Below, in pieces: positions 45,906-56,063 of a stretch of DNA of 64,000 bases. Within the stretch, counting starts at the first letter, position 1; each line of letters starts with the position of its first letter. This DNA comes from Dehalococcoidia bacterium (lineage in GTDB: Bacteria > Chloroflexota > Dehalococcoidia > UBA2979), in contig OZ219871.1 in assembly GCA_964291495.2 (NCBI GenBank), positions 544,001 through 608,000 of the forward strand. The letters run 5' to 3'. The position numbers and the translations under genes are program-made. The notes under the pieces were generated by a model. It ran no database searches. It had not been told where the DNA came from and saw only the letters and a list, made by a program, of their open reading frames with translations.

Positions 45906-46733
45906 ATGGCCGACTGGGAGTTCATCGAGGTAGAGCGCGAAGGCCGCGTCGGCATCGTGCGCTTCAACCGGCCGGAGCGGATGAACGCGCTCGGCGCCGA
46001 GCTGGGGAGCGAGATCCGCGAGGCGTTCGAGGAGTTCAACGCCGACCCCGGCATCGGCGCGATCGTGACCACCGGCAACGGCCGCGCCTACAGCTCGGGC
46101 GCGGACCTGAGCGCGCGCATGGCCGGCGACTTCGACCGCCCGGAGCGGCGGCCGCCGGGCGCGCACCCCTGGACGCCCGAGTTCCTCGCGGTCGAGTGCA
46201 AGCCGCTGATCGCCGCGGTCAACGGGATCGCGCTCGGGATCGGTCTCACCTCGATCCTCTGGTACGACGCGATCGTGGCGTCGACGGCGGCGCGCTTCTC
46301 GATGCGCTTCGCGGCGATCGGCCTGACGCCGGAGGTCAGTTCCGCGTGGATGCTGCCCCGTGTGATCGGCCTCCAGGCCGCAAAGCAGATGATGCTGACG
46401 GGGCGGATCTACAGTGCGCAGGAGGCGCTGGAGCTGGGCCTGGTGCAGCGGCTGGTCGAACCCGACCAGCTGCTGCCCGAGGCGATCGCGCTCGGCCAGG
46501 AGATCGCCGCGAACCCCGCCTCGACGCTGCGCACAGTCAAGCAGATGACGTTCGACGCCCTGTTCGCGCCCGACCTCGAGACGGTGGAGCAGGACTCCCG
46601 GGTGAGGTTCGACGCCGCCCTGCAAACGCCCGAGCACCGCGAGGCGGTGCGCGCGTTCGTGGAGAAGCGCGCGGGCCGCTTCCACGACGCCGAGTACATG
46701 CGCGGCATCGCCGAGGAGATCGGGCAGGGCTAG
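45906..46733 (+). CDS. enoyl-CoA hydratase/isomerase
   Basis: FNRPERMNAL, GRAYSSGADL, KPLIAAVNG, GLTPE. Confidence 0.9.
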   Translation: MADWEFIEVEREGRVGIVRFNRPERMNALGAELGSEIREAFEEFNADPGIGAIVTTGNGRAYSSGADLSARMAGDFDRPERRPPGAHPWTPEFLAVECKPLIAAVNGIALGIGLTSILWYDAIVASTAARFSMRFAAIGLTPEVSSAWMLPRVIGLQAAKQMMLTGRIYSAQEALELGLVQRLVEPDQLLPEAIALGQEIAANPASTLRTVKQMTFDALFAPDLETVEQDSRVRFDAALQTPEHREAVRAFVEKRAGRFHDAEYMRGIAEEIGQG

Positions 46734-46775
46734 CGGCTCGTACCCGCGGCACAAGCGCGAGCGGAGGACGCGCCG

Positions 46776-49073
46776 ATGAGTCCTGACCGCCGTGGACCGT
46801 CGTGGCTGGCGGGGGTCGCGGCGGGCCTCGTGGCGCTGGCGCTGCTCGCGGCCGGGTGCAGCTCGGATGACGCCCCGCCTCCCACGTCGACGCCTTCCGC
46901 GGCGGCCACGCCGCAGCCCACGACGACCCCCGCCGCCACACCCGCGCAAGCGGCGGAGGAAGCCCGGCCCGCCGACCCGACCGACGCCTACTTCGACCTC
47001 GAGCACGTACTGAACATCGCGATCGAGATCGCGCCCGAGGACTGGGACACGCTGCGCCATCAGGCCCGCACCCTCGAGGATCTGCTGGCCGAGATCGCCG
47101 AATACGGGCTCTCCCGGCCGTTCGCCGACATCTACACCTGGTTCCCGGCCACCGTGACGGTGGACGGCGAGGCGTACGCCGAGGTCGGCGTGCGGAAGAA
47201 GGGGTTCATCGGCTCCCAGAGCGACACGCGGCCCTCGCTCAAACTCCGCTTCGACAAGTACGTGGACGGCCTGGCGCTGGGCGGGGTCATGGAGCGCATG
47301 ACGCTGAACAACGGCCTCCAGGACCCCTCGCTGATTAACACCTGCCTGGCCCACCAGGTGTTCGCCGCCGCGGGGGTGCCCACTCCCCGGTGCAGCTTCG
47401 CGACCGTCTCGGTGAACGGGAGGAACCTCGGCCTCTACATCCACGTCGAGGAGATCAAGCCTCCCTTCCTCGCACGCCATTTCGCGAGCACAGAGGGCAA
47501 CCTCTACGAGGGCACGGTCAGCGACTTCACCCCCGAGTACCGCGGCACCATCGAGAAGAAGTCCAACGAGGACGAAGACGACTGGTCGGACATCGACGCC
47601 GTGGTCGCCGCGCTGCAAGACCCCTCCGAGGCCGGGCTGGCAGCGCTGGCCGAGATCGTCGACCTGGATCGCTTCCTCACGTTCTGGGCGCTGGAGGTGC
47701 TGGTGGGCCACTGGGACGGCTACACGGGCAACCGCAACAACTACCGCTTCTACCGGGAGCCGGGAGGCCGCTTCGTGTTCATGCCCTGGGGCGTGGACGC
47801 GGCGTTCCACCTGGAGGACGATCCCAACCCGTTCGACAACATCAGCGATCCCCCGCCCTCGGTGCTGGCCCTCACGGCCATCCCCAGCCGGCTCTACGGC
47901 GACGAGGAGTGGCGAGGGCGCTACGTCGCCCGCCTCAAGGAGCTGCTCGACAGCGTCTGGAACGAGGACGAGTTGCTGGGAAGCGTCGACGAGCTGGCGG
48001 CGATCGTCCGGCAGCACGCGCTGCCGGAGCAGCGGCCGGCCGCCGCTGCCGACGCCGAGCGGGTGCGCCAGTTCATCCTGAAGCGCCGTGCCGAGATCCT
48101 GGACGACCTGACGCCGCAGCCTCCGGAGTGGCCCGCTCCGGATCAGGCCGTCGCGGCCTCGGACGGACTCGAGCCCGGCACGGTCGAGGTGCGCTTCGAG
48201 ACGAATTGGGGAAGCAACAAGAGTCTCGATCCGCTCTCGGAGGGCGAGATCTCCTACCTCTCGGTGGACGGGGAGGAGCTGCCCGGCGACGAGCTGGGAG
48301 TGGTCGTCGGTCACGCCAGCTCGGAGGAGACGGCGGGGTTCGGCATCGGGGATGCGGCCTCGCTCGCCGTCATCAGCGTGCAGCCCGACGGCTCCGTGGA
48401 GGGCCTCACCGTCGTGCTGCCCATCGCGCGGCTGACGAGCGGGAGCACGCTGACCATCGGCGAGGACCGGATCGCGGGAGGCGTGTGGTCCATCCCGGCC
48501 GGAGGCTCGACCGTCGACAGCTTCACGCCGTTCAGCGCGGGCGTGCTGACGCTGTCGGAGGCGAGCGCCGAGGCGGGCGCGACGGTCTCCGGCAGCTTCT
48601 CCGGCGTCTTAGGCGGCATCCCCCCTCCCCTGCCGCCGGAGGACGAGGCAAGCACCCGCGCGGCTGCGAGTGATGCCGGCCTCGTGATCAACGAGATCGC
48701 CGCGCAGGGAGATCCGTTCGACTGGTTCGAGCTCTACAACTCGTCCGACTCCCACCTCGCCCTCGCCAACTTCGTCGTGGCCGACGACCTGTTGGACGCC
48801 GGCAAGCGGGTCGCATTCCCCTCGGAGCTGGTGATCCCGCCGGGCGGGTACCTCCAGGTGCAGCTCGACAAGGACGGCTGGCCGGGCTTCGCCCTCGGCA
48901 GGGACGAGGAGCTGGGCATCTGGACGGCCGACGGCGTGCTGGTCGCCGAGGTCGACTGGGACGAGGGCCAGGCCGACGAAGGCACGAGCTACGCCCGGGT
49001 GCCGGACGGCCGTGGTGAGTTCCAGACCGTGAGCACTCCCACCCCCGGCGCCGCGAATCAGCCCAAGGACTGA
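46776..49073 (+). CDS. CotH kinase-family lipoprotein with a C-terminal lamin-tail-like domain
   Basis: LLAAGC lipobox; VGVRKKG, LNN..QDPS, VNG..LGLY..VE, WDGY..NRNNY, PWGVD; C-terminal LVINE...DWFELYN...SYARVPDG...TPG. Confidence 0.85.
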   Translation: MSPDRRGPSWLAGVAAGLVALALLAAGCSSDDAPPPTSTPSAAATPQPTTTPAATPAQAAEEARPADPTDAYFDLEHVLNIAIEIAPEDWDTLRHQARTLEDLLAEIAEYGLSRPFADIYTWFPATVTVDGEAYAEVGVRKKGFIGSQSDTRPSLKLRFDKYVDGLALGGVMERMTLNNGLQDPSLINTCLAHQVFAAAGVPTPRCSFATVSVNGRNLGLYIHVEEIKPPFLARHFASTEGNLYEGTVSDFTPEYRGTIEKKSNEDEDDWSDIDAVVAALQDPSEAGLAALAEIVDLDRFLTFWALEVLVGHWDGYTGNRNNYRFYREPGGRFVFMPWGVDAAFHLEDDPNPFDNISDPPPSVLALTAIPSRLYGDEEWRGRYVARLKELLDSVWNEDELLGSVDELAAIVRQHALPEQRPAAAADAERVRQFILKRRAEILDDLTPQPPEWPAPDQAVAASDGLEPGTVEVRFETNWGSNKSLDPLSEGEISYLSVDGEELPGDELGVVVGHASSEETAGFGIGDAASLAVISVQPDGSVEGLTVVLPIARLTSGSTLTIGEDRIAGGVWSIPAGGSTVDSFTPFSAGVLTLSEASAEAGATVSGSFSGVLGGIPPPLPPEDEASTRAAASDAGLVINEIAAQGDPFDWFELYNSSDSHLALANFVVADDLLDAGKRVAFPSELVIPPGGYLQVQLDKDGWPGFALGRDEELGIWTADGVLVAEVDWDEGQADEGTSYARVPDGRGEFQTVSTPTPGAANQPKD

Positions 49074-49190
49074 GCGCCCGCGGGCCGGGCCGGGTCGGCG
49101 ACGGGTCGGCGAGCCCGAGACGCGGCGTCCGCGCCGTCACGAGGCCTATACTGCCCCGGCGCGGCGAGCCGGAGCAGCCCGGGAGGCACT

Positions 49191-50345
49191 GTGAAGATCG
49201 ACCTGTTCTACGAGTTCTGCCAGGGGACGGGCCGGCCCTGGCCGGCGGGCGCGGACCACCGCCTCTACCAGCAGGTGCTCGAGCAGGTCGATGTGGGCGA
49301 GGCCGCGGGCTTCAACTGCTTCTGGTCGGTGGAGCACCACGGCTCGGTCGAGTTCGCGCACATGCCGGCGCCCGAGATCTTCCTCACCGCGGTGGCGGCG
49401 CGCACGAAGCAGATGCGGGTCGGGCACGCGGTCGTGCTCACGCACCCCCTGTTCAATCACCCCATTCGCGTGGCCGAGCGGGCGGCGGTGCTGGACAACC
49501 TGAGCGACGGCAGGCTCGAGATCGGCTTCGGGCGCTCCACCGTCCGCGAGTGGGATGTCTTTCACATCGACGGCGAGACGACGCGCCCGATCCTCCGCGA
49601 GGCCCTCGAGATCATCCCGAGGATGTGGACGGAGGACGAGTTCTCGTACTCCAGCGAGCACGTCGAGATCGCCCCGATCACGGTCGTGCCGCGCGTGCTG
49701 CAGGAGCCCCACCCGCCGATGTGGATCGCCGGGGGCAGCCCAGAGTCGATCGAGCTCGCCGGACGCGGCGGCATCGGCTACCTCGGGCTGACGCTGTTCC
49801 AGCCCCTGACGGCGCTCGCCGAGAGCGTGAGCGCCTACCGCGAGGCGCAGCGCGAGCAGGAGCCGTTCGGCAAGGCGGTCAACAACCGCTGCGGCGCCTT
49901 CACCTACGTGTATTGCGCGGAGACCGAGGACGAGGCGATCCACGACGGCGGGCCCCAGGCGGCGGCCTGGTACCTCACCAAGGTCGCCGCGCTGCGGCTC
50001 GGCTGGAAGGCTCAGCGGGAGGGCGAGGAGTCGGCGGCGTTCGACCGGGCGGCGCAGATCGAGCGCATCGCCGAGTCCGGCGACAGCCCCGGCCGCACCG
50101 TGCTGATCAAGGTGCTTGAGGGAGCCGAGATCTCCAACGAGGAGTTCTTCGAGGCGATGGACGCCGAGGACCAGTTCATCGTCGGCACCCCGGACCAGAT
50201 CATCGAGAAGATGGAGCGCTACCGGGAGGTCGGGCTGGACCACATGATGTGCCTGGTCCAGGCGGGGCCGAGTCTCCCGCACGAGAAGATCATGAAGTCG
50301 CTCCGGCTCATGGGCGAGACGGTCGTCCCGCACTTCCACGACTGA
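49191..50345 (+). CDS. LLM-class flavin-dependent oxidoreductase
   Basis: WSVEHH, HMPAPE, HPIRVAER, DNLSDGRLEIG. Confidence 0.92.
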   Translation: MKIDLFYEFCQGTGRPWPAGADHRLYQQVLEQVDVGEAAGFNCFWSVEHHGSVEFAHMPAPEIFLTAVAARTKQMRVGHAVVLTHPLFNHPIRVAERAAVLDNLSDGRLEIGFGRSTVREWDVFHIDGETTRPILREALEIIPRMWTEDEFSYSSEHVEIAPITVVPRVLQEPHPPMWIAGGSPESIELAGRGGIGYLGLTLFQPLTALAESVSAYREAQREQEPFGKAVNNRCGAFTYVYCAETEDEAIHDGGPQAAAWYLTKVAALRLGWKAQREGEESAAFDRAAQIERIAESGDSPGRTVLIKVLEGAEISNEEFFEAMDAEDQFIVGTPDQIIEKMERYREVGLDHMMCLVQAGPSLPHEKIMKSLRLMGETVVPHFHD

Positions 50346-50377
50346 GGCCGCCCGCTGCGGCGGAGGGGACACGAGCG

Positions 50378-51352
50378 ATGCCCAACCCACCAAGCCAGGA
50401 GGAGGTCCTCGGCTACTTCGAGACCCTCAGCAACTGGGGGCGCTGGGGCGAGGACGACACGCTCGGCACGCTGAACCTGATCACGCCGGAGAAGCGCAGG
50501 CAGGCGGCCTCGCTGATCCGGGAGGGCGTCAGCGTCTCCTGCTCGCGCGTCATCCCCTGGTCCGGGCCGCGCGCGATGGCCGGCGCGAACCCGGTGACCA
50601 ACATGGTGCAGAGCGGCGAGCTGTACGCCCTCGGCGACGACCGGGAACACCCGAGGTACCCCGGCCGCAAGATGCTGCAGGGAGCGAGCGAGCACGTCTC
50701 GTTCGTCTTTCACGGCTCGATCTTCACGCACATCGACGGCCTCGCCCACGTCTTCTGGCAGGGCCGGATGTACAACGGCCGCTCGTCCGCGCTGGTCAAG
50801 AGCGGCGAGGGCGCCACGGTCCAGACCTCGGACGTCATGCGGGACGGCATCCTCACCCGGGGCGTGCTGCTCGACGTCGCACGCCTCAAGGGCAGGACGA
50901 CGCTCGACCCCGAGGACTACGTCTTCCCCGAGGACCTCGAAGCCGCCGAGCAGGCCCAGGGCGTGCGCGTCGAGGAAGGCGACGCGCTGCTGCTGCGCGT
51001 CGGCTACGGGGCGCAGATCGAGGCCGCGATCGCCTCCGGCGAGCCGCCTCCCGAGGAGTTCTCCGGCTACAACGCCGCCTGCCTGCCGTGGCTGCACGAG
51101 CGCGGGGTCGCGCTGATCGGCTCCGATGTCTTCACCGACCACGCGCCGGTCGGGCAATACGTGGAGACGATGATGCCGATGCACCAGGTCGCGATCCCGA
51201 TGATGGGCCTGCGGCTGATCGACAACGCCCACCTCGAGCGGCTCGGGGAGGCCTGCGCGGAGCGCGATCGCTGGGAGTTCTGCTTCTCCCTCAACCCGCT
51301 GCGCTTCGCGCAGGGCACCGGCTCCCCGGCGAACCCGATCGCGACCTTCTAA
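50378..51352 (+). CDS. metal-dependent cyclase (kynurenine formamidase-like) family protein
   Basis: NWGRWGEDD, HGSIFTHIDG, TRGVLLD, GTGSPANP. Confidence 0.9.
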   Translation: MPNPPSQEEVLGYFETLSNWGRWGEDDTLGTLNLITPEKRRQAASLIREGVSVSCSRVIPWSGPRAMAGANPVTNMVQSGELYALGDDREHPRYPGRKMLQGASEHVSFVFHGSIFTHIDGLAHVFWQGRMYNGRSSALVKSGEGATVQTSDVMRDGILTRGVLLDVARLKGRTTLDPEDYVFPEDLEAAEQAQGVRVEEGDALLLRVGYGAQIEAAIASGEPPPEEFSGYNAACLPWLHERGVALIGSDVFTDHAPVGQYVETMMPMHQVAIPMMGLRLIDNAHLERLGEACAERDRWEFCFSLNPLRFAQGTGSPANPIATF

Positions 51353-51371
51353 CCCGTCGCCTTCGAGGGCG

Positions 51372-52157
51372 TTAGCCGCCGCCCGTCACGTCGATGGTCA
51401 CGCCGGTGACGAAGTCGGCGTGCGCCGACGCCAGGAAGCAGACGACGTTGGCCTGGTCGATCGGCTCGGCGACGCGGCCGAGGGGGATCGCGGCGATCTG
51501 GCGCTCGCGCGACCCCGGGGGCCGTCGCTCGTAGACGCGGCGGATGCGCTCGGTCATGGTCGTCGCGGGCGCGATCGCGTTGACGTTGATGCCGGCGGGC
51601 CCGACTTCCATCGCGAGCTTCGAGGTGAACGAGATGATGCCGCCCTTGGCTGCGGCGTAGGCCGCGGAGCTCGTCGGGCTCCTCCCGCGGCTTGATCGCG
51701 AGGAGAAGTTCACGATCTTGCCGCCGCCCTGGCTGGTCATGTGGGGAATCACCGCGTGGCAAAAGAGGAAGGTGCCGCTGAGGTTGAAGTCCAGCACCTT
51801 CTGCCACTCCTCGAACGTCAGCTCCTCGGTCGTCGCGCCCGAATTCGGGATCGCCGTGGAACCGCCGACACCGTTGACGAGGATGTCGATCCTGCCGAAG
51901 CGCTCGACGGCGTCGGCGACGACGGCGTCCACCTCCGCCTGGTCGAGGGCGTTGGCGTGATAGGCCCGGTGATCGCCTCCGCCGGCCGCCGCGAAGGCCT
52001 CCATCGCACCGTCGAGCAGCTCGCGGTCGTTGTCGACGGCGGCGATCGTGCCGCCCTCGGCCGCGATGATCTCAGCGGCGGCGCGGCAGATGCCGCTCGC
52101 GGCCCCGGTGATCAGCGCCACCTCGCCCTCGAAGCGGGCGAACGAGGCTTCGGCCAT
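51372..52157 (-). CDS. short-chain dehydrogenase/reductase
   Basis: TGAASGI, YAAAKGG, NAIAP, DVTGG. Confidence 0.9.
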   Translation of the reverse strand: MAEASFARFEGEVALITGAASGICRAAAEIIAAEGGTIAAVDNDRELLDGAMEAFAAAGGGDHRAYHANALDQAEVDAVVADAVERFGRIDILVNGVGGSTAIPNSGATTEELTFEEWQKVLDFNLSGTFLFCHAVIPHMTSQGGGKIVNFSSRSSRGRSPTSSAAYAAAKGGIISFTSKLAMEVGPAGINVNAIAPATTMTERIRRVYERRPPGSRERQIAAIPLGRVAEPIDQANVVCFLASAHADFVTGVTIDVTGGG

Positions 52158-52170
52158 GGTGATCTCCTCG

Positions 52171-53283
52171 CTAGCCTGCCGCCGGCACACCGGCGCTCTC
52201 GAGGGCCGCGCCGGCGCCGGCCTGCTCGAACGCGCCGACGTGCGGCAGCACTTCCTTCGCGAACAGCTCGAGCATCTTCGTCGTCTTCGCCGGACCGTAG
52301 TACGGCGGGTAGTGGATCATCACCGACGAGGCGCCGGCCTGGGCCAACGCCTCGAGGCGTCGCAGCACCGTGTCCGGCGATCCGTGCAGCACGGTGTCGC
52401 TGACCAGCTTCTCGTAGGCGAACGCGTCCTCGTCGCTCTTCTCGGCGACGTCGCCGAGGTAGCTCCCGGTCCTGCCGCTGAGCAGGAAGCTCTTCGTGTG
52501 GCGCACGATGCCCTCCTCGGACTCCTCACGAGCCTTCGCGTCGGACTCGGCGACGTAGACCATGCGGGCGACGTCGATGTTGCCGAAGGCCGGGTTCTGG
52601 CTGTAGGGCGCCTGCGCCTCGGCCATGTGCTCGCGATAGAACGCGACGTGCTCGCCGATCGTCTCGATCGAGGGCAGCGCGGACTGCATGAGGCCGAAGC
52701 CGTTGCGGGCCGCGAACGCCATCGAGCCCTCCGTGCCCGCCGCCATGTAGATCGGGGGGTGGGGCTGCTGGATCGGCTGCGGGAAGACCTCGCTCTGCTC
52801 GTCCATCCTGATCCGGAAGAACTGGCCGTCCACGTTGACGCGCTTGTCGAAGAAGCCCTGCAGGATCAGCGGCACCGCCTCCTCCTGCATCATCTCGCGT
52901 CGCCCGTCGTAGTCGACGCCCAGGCCCTCGAACTCGTAGGGCCGGTAGCCGGAGCCGAGGCCGAGCTGGAAGCGGCCCTCGCTGAGGATGTCGACGAAGG
53001 CGGCGTTCTCGACGATGCGCAGGGGGTGGTGCAGCGGCACGACCATCACGGCCGCGCCGAGCTTGACGCTGCTGGTCTTCGCGGCGAGGTAGGAGAGGTA
53101 GCTGAACGGGTCGGGCAGGATGCCGTAGGTGTTGGAGAAGTGATGCTCCGCGATCCAGACGGTGTCGTAGCCGTTCTCTTCCGCGGTCAGCACCTCGTTG
53201 GTGACGCGCGCGTGGACCGACTGGTGCGGATACGGCGACGTATCGGGGTCGGGGTGCGACGTGAGCAGCAATCCGATCTTCAC
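52171..53283 (-). CDS. LLM-class flavin-dependent oxidoreductase
   Basis: WIAEHHF, HHPLRIVE, DILSEGRFQLGLGSG, PQPIQQPHPP; GTG at 53283. Confidence 0.92.
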   Translation of the reverse strand: MKIGLLLTSHPDPDTSPYPHQSVHARVTNEVLTAEENGYDTVWIAEHHFSNTYGILPDPFSYLSYLAAKTSSVKLGAAVMVVPLHHPLRIVENAAFVDILSEGRFQLGLGSGYRPYEFEGLGVDYDGRREMMQEEAVPLILQGFFDKRVNVDGQFFRIRMDEQSEVFPQPIQQPHPPIYMAAGTEGSMAFAARNGFGLMQSALPSIETIGEHVAFYREHMAEAQAPYSQNPAFGNIDVARMVYVAESDAKAREESEEGIVRHTKSFLLSGRTGSYLGDVAEKSDEDAFAYEKLVSDTVLHGSPDTVLRRLEALAQAGASSVMIHYPPYYGPAKTTKMLELFAKEVLPHVGAFEQAGAGAALESAGVPAAG

Positions 53284-53407
53284 GGCAGCCTCCTCGCGAG
53301 CTCCGCCCGGACACGATAGCCGCACCTCCGCCCGGGCCGCCATCCCGGTATCGCTGCTATAGGCTTGGCGGCGAACTGCCGGGCTGCAACGACGCGAGGA
53401 GGACACC

Positions 53408-54097
53408 GTGACCGCATTCGTGCTCATCCACGGCGCATACCAGGGTGGCTGGATCTGGGCCTCCGTCGCCGCCCGGCTGCACGCCGAGGGCCACGTCGCG
53501 CACGCGCCGTCGCTGGACGGCTGCGGCGAGCGGGCGCCACAGATGCGGCCCGGCATCACCACCGAGTCGCAGGCCGAAGAGATCGCGCAGCTGCTCTTCC
53601 ACGAGGACCTCAGCGACGTCGTCCTCGTCGGTACCTCGTCGGGCGGGATGGTCGTCGCGAGGACGGCCGAGCTGGCACGCGAGCGGGTGGCGCGCCTCGT
53701 CTTCGTCGACGCGCTCGTCCTCAAGCCCGGCGAGACCATCGGCGACATCGTGAACCGGCCGAGGGCGATCGACACCGACGTGGCGACCGGCCGGCCGGCC
53801 GAGGAACGGCTCGCGGACCTGCTGCGCGATCTTCCGCGTGATAGCGCCGAGTGGGCCGCCGAGCGCTTCGGTTTGCACCCCGCCGCGGCATTCAGCCGGC
53901 CAGTCGAGCTCGACTCGTTCTGGGACCAGGACTGGGACGCCTCGGTTGTCTGGTGCCGGCGTGCCCCGAATCCCGGCGAGGCGCACCAGCGCCGCTGCGC
54001 CGAGGCGCTCGGCGCGCGCTGGCACGAGCTCGACACCGGCCACTACCCGATGCTCAGCGAGCCGGAGGCGCTGACACGACTCATCCTCGAGGGCTGA
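53408..54097 (+). CDS. alpha/beta hydrolase, copy A
   Basis: VLIHGAYQGGW, GTSSGG, DTGHYPM. Confidence 0.88.
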   Translation: MTAFVLIHGAYQGGWIWASVAARLHAEGHVAHAPSLDGCGERAPQMRPGITTESQAEEIAQLLFHEDLSDVVLVGTSSGGMVVARTAELARERVARLVFVDALVLKPGETIGDIVNRPRAIDTDVATGRPAEERLADLLRDLPRDSAEWAAERFGLHPAAAFSRPVELDSFWDQDWDASVVWCRRAPNPGEAHQRRCAEALGARWHELDTGHYPMLSEPEALTRLILEG

Positions 54098-54232
54098 CGG
54101 ACGAGGCGGCGCGAGGAGACTCCGGCAGGCAAATGCCCTGCGCCCTCGCACGTCAGCGATGACGCCAGCCTGTGCAGCGCTCGATCTCGGTCGGAGCGTG
54201 GGCCAGAATCAGGTCCGCGGAAGGGGTTCACC

Positions 54233-55090
54233 ATGCAGCAACTCGAGCTCGTCCCATACCTCCTCTACGAGAAGGAGGACAACGGGATCCTCTGGATCAA
54301 GTTCAATCGCCCGGAGATGCTCAACGCCGCCGTTGGCGGCGCCGAGCGGACCGGCACGCTGGCCAAGGTCGGCGAGTACATGCGCGCCGGCGACGACGAC
54401 CCGCACGTCAAGGTGATCGTGCTCACCGGCGTGGGCCGCGGCTTCTGCGCGGGCGTGAACGTCCGAGGCACGGACCTCGGCGACTTCGAGCCGGGCGACA
54501 ACTTCCTCGGCAACGCACCGTACGAGGCGGGCGGGCTGGACGCGACGCGACAGCGCTTCTACTACGGCATCACCAAGCTGATGAAGGACATCTCGTTCAT
54601 CCGCAAGCCGACGATCGCGATGGTCAACGGCGTGGCCGCCGGATTCGGGATGGACATGGCGCTGCAGTGCGACATCCGCTACGGCAGCGAGCACACGCGC
54701 TTCATCTCCTACCACCAGGTCGGCCAGATCATCGAGAACGGCGGCGCCTACTACCTGACGAGGCTCGCCGGGCTCGGTCGCGCGCTCGAGTTCTCCTTCA
54801 CCGGCAACCTCGACGGCGAGACGGCCGCGGAGTGGGGCGTCCTCAACAGGCTCGTCCCCTCCGAGGATCTCGAGGCCGAGGTGCGAGCGCTGTGCGACCG
54901 CATCATGCGCAACCCGCCGCTGGTCTCCTGGATCAACAAGCGGGTGATCCGCGCCGCCATGGACACCACGCTGGAACACACGGCCGTGCTGACCTCGAAC
55001 GCCTCGCCCATTCCCGGTACGTCGGAGGACGCCGCCGAGGCGCGTTCGGCCCTCGGCGAGCGCCGCGAGCCCGTGTTCAAGGGTCGCTGA
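54233..55090 (+). CDS. enoyl-CoA hydratase/isomerase, copy 1
   Basis: FNRPEMLNA, GRGFCAG, KPTIAMVNGVAAG, PVFKGR. Confidence 0.9.
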   Translation: MQQLELVPYLLYEKEDNGILWIKFNRPEMLNAAVGGAERTGTLAKVGEYMRAGDDDPHVKVIVLTGVGRGFCAGVNVRGTDLGDFEPGDNFLGNAPYEAGGLDATRQRFYYGITKLMKDISFIRKPTIAMVNGVAAGFGMDMALQCDIRYGSEHTRFISYHQVGQIIENGGAYYLTRLAGLGRALEFSFTGNLDGETAAEWGVLNRLVPSEDLEAEVRALCDRIMRNPPLVSWINKRVIRAAMDTTLEHTAVLTSNASPIPGTSEDAAEARSALGERREPVFKGR

Positions 55091-55133
55091 CGCCTCGCGA
55101 CGACCGAGGCGATTCCGCGCGAGGAGGCAACCG

Positions 55134-55826
55134 ATGACCGCATTCGTGCTCATCCACGGCGCATACCAGGGCGGCTGGATCTGGGGCCCCGTCGCGAGGC
55201 GGCTGCGCGCTGAGGGCCACGACGCGTACGCGCCCTCGCTGGACGGCTGCGGCGAGCGGTCGGAGCAGGACCGGCCGGGCATCACCGTCGAGTCACAGGC
55301 GGACGAGGTCGCGGAGCTGCTCTTCTATGAAGACCTCAGCGACGTGGTGCTGGTCGGCACCTCGTCGGGCGGGATGATCGCGGCGAGGGTGGCCGAGCTC
55401 GCGCGCGAACGCATCGCCCGCCTCGTCTTCGTCGACGCGCTCGTGCTCAAGCACGGCGAGACCACCGCGGACGTCCTCGGGCGGCCGCGCAGCGCGCCCA
55501 CCGCAACCGGCCGCCCGACCGAGGAGCACCTGGCGCGCCTGCTCGCGGGCCTCCCGCCCGAGACCGCAGCGTGGGCGGGCGAGCGCTTCCGGGGGCGCCC
55601 CATCGGGACCGCCACGCAGCCGGTCGTGCTTGAATCGTTCTGGGACCAGGACTGGGACGTCTCGGTGATCTGGTGCCGGCGCGCGGAGAACCCCGGCGAG
55701 GCGCACCAGCGCCGCACCGCGGAGGCGTTCGGCGCGCCCTGGCGCGAACTCGACACCGGCCACTACCCGATGCTCAGCGAGCCGGAGGCGCTCACGCGGC
55801 TCATCCTCGAGGAGACCTTCGCGTAA
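55134..55826 (+). CDS. alpha/beta hydrolase, copy B
   Basis: Close paralogue of 53408..54097. Confidence 0.88.
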   Translation: MTAFVLIHGAYQGGWIWGPVARRLRAEGHDAYAPSLDGCGERSEQDRPGITVESQADEVAELLFYEDLSDVVLVGTSSGGMIAARVAELARERIARLVFVDALVLKHGETTADVLGRPRSAPTATGRPTEEHLARLLAGLPPETAAWAGERFRGRPIGTATQPVVLESFWDQDWDVSVIWCRRAENPGEAHQRRTAEAFGAPWRELDTGHYPMLSEPEALTRLILEETFA

Positions 55827-55852
55827 CCCCCTCCTCGGGGCAGCGAGCGCAT

Positions 55853-55997
55853 CCCCTCCGGTCCCCTCTCCCCGAGGGAGAGGGTCAGGGTGAGGGAGGA
55901 TCCGCCCTCTGGAGTTTCGTTGCGCCGTCGGAGCTATCGAAAGGGCGCGGGAGCCCTCCCCCCCACCCCCGCCCTCTCCCCAGGGAGAGGGGGCCGG
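55853..55997. repeat. inverted pair of REP-like elements (REPIN-like) between convergent genes
   Basis: 55853-55899 is the reverse-complement form and 55954-55997 the forward form of the element at 38282. Confidence 0.65.
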
Positions 55998-56063
55998 ATC
56001 GGGCTTGTGGGAGTTCGCAAGGTCTCCCGAGGGCTGAGGCCCGAGGCGCCGCCCGCTCCGGCG

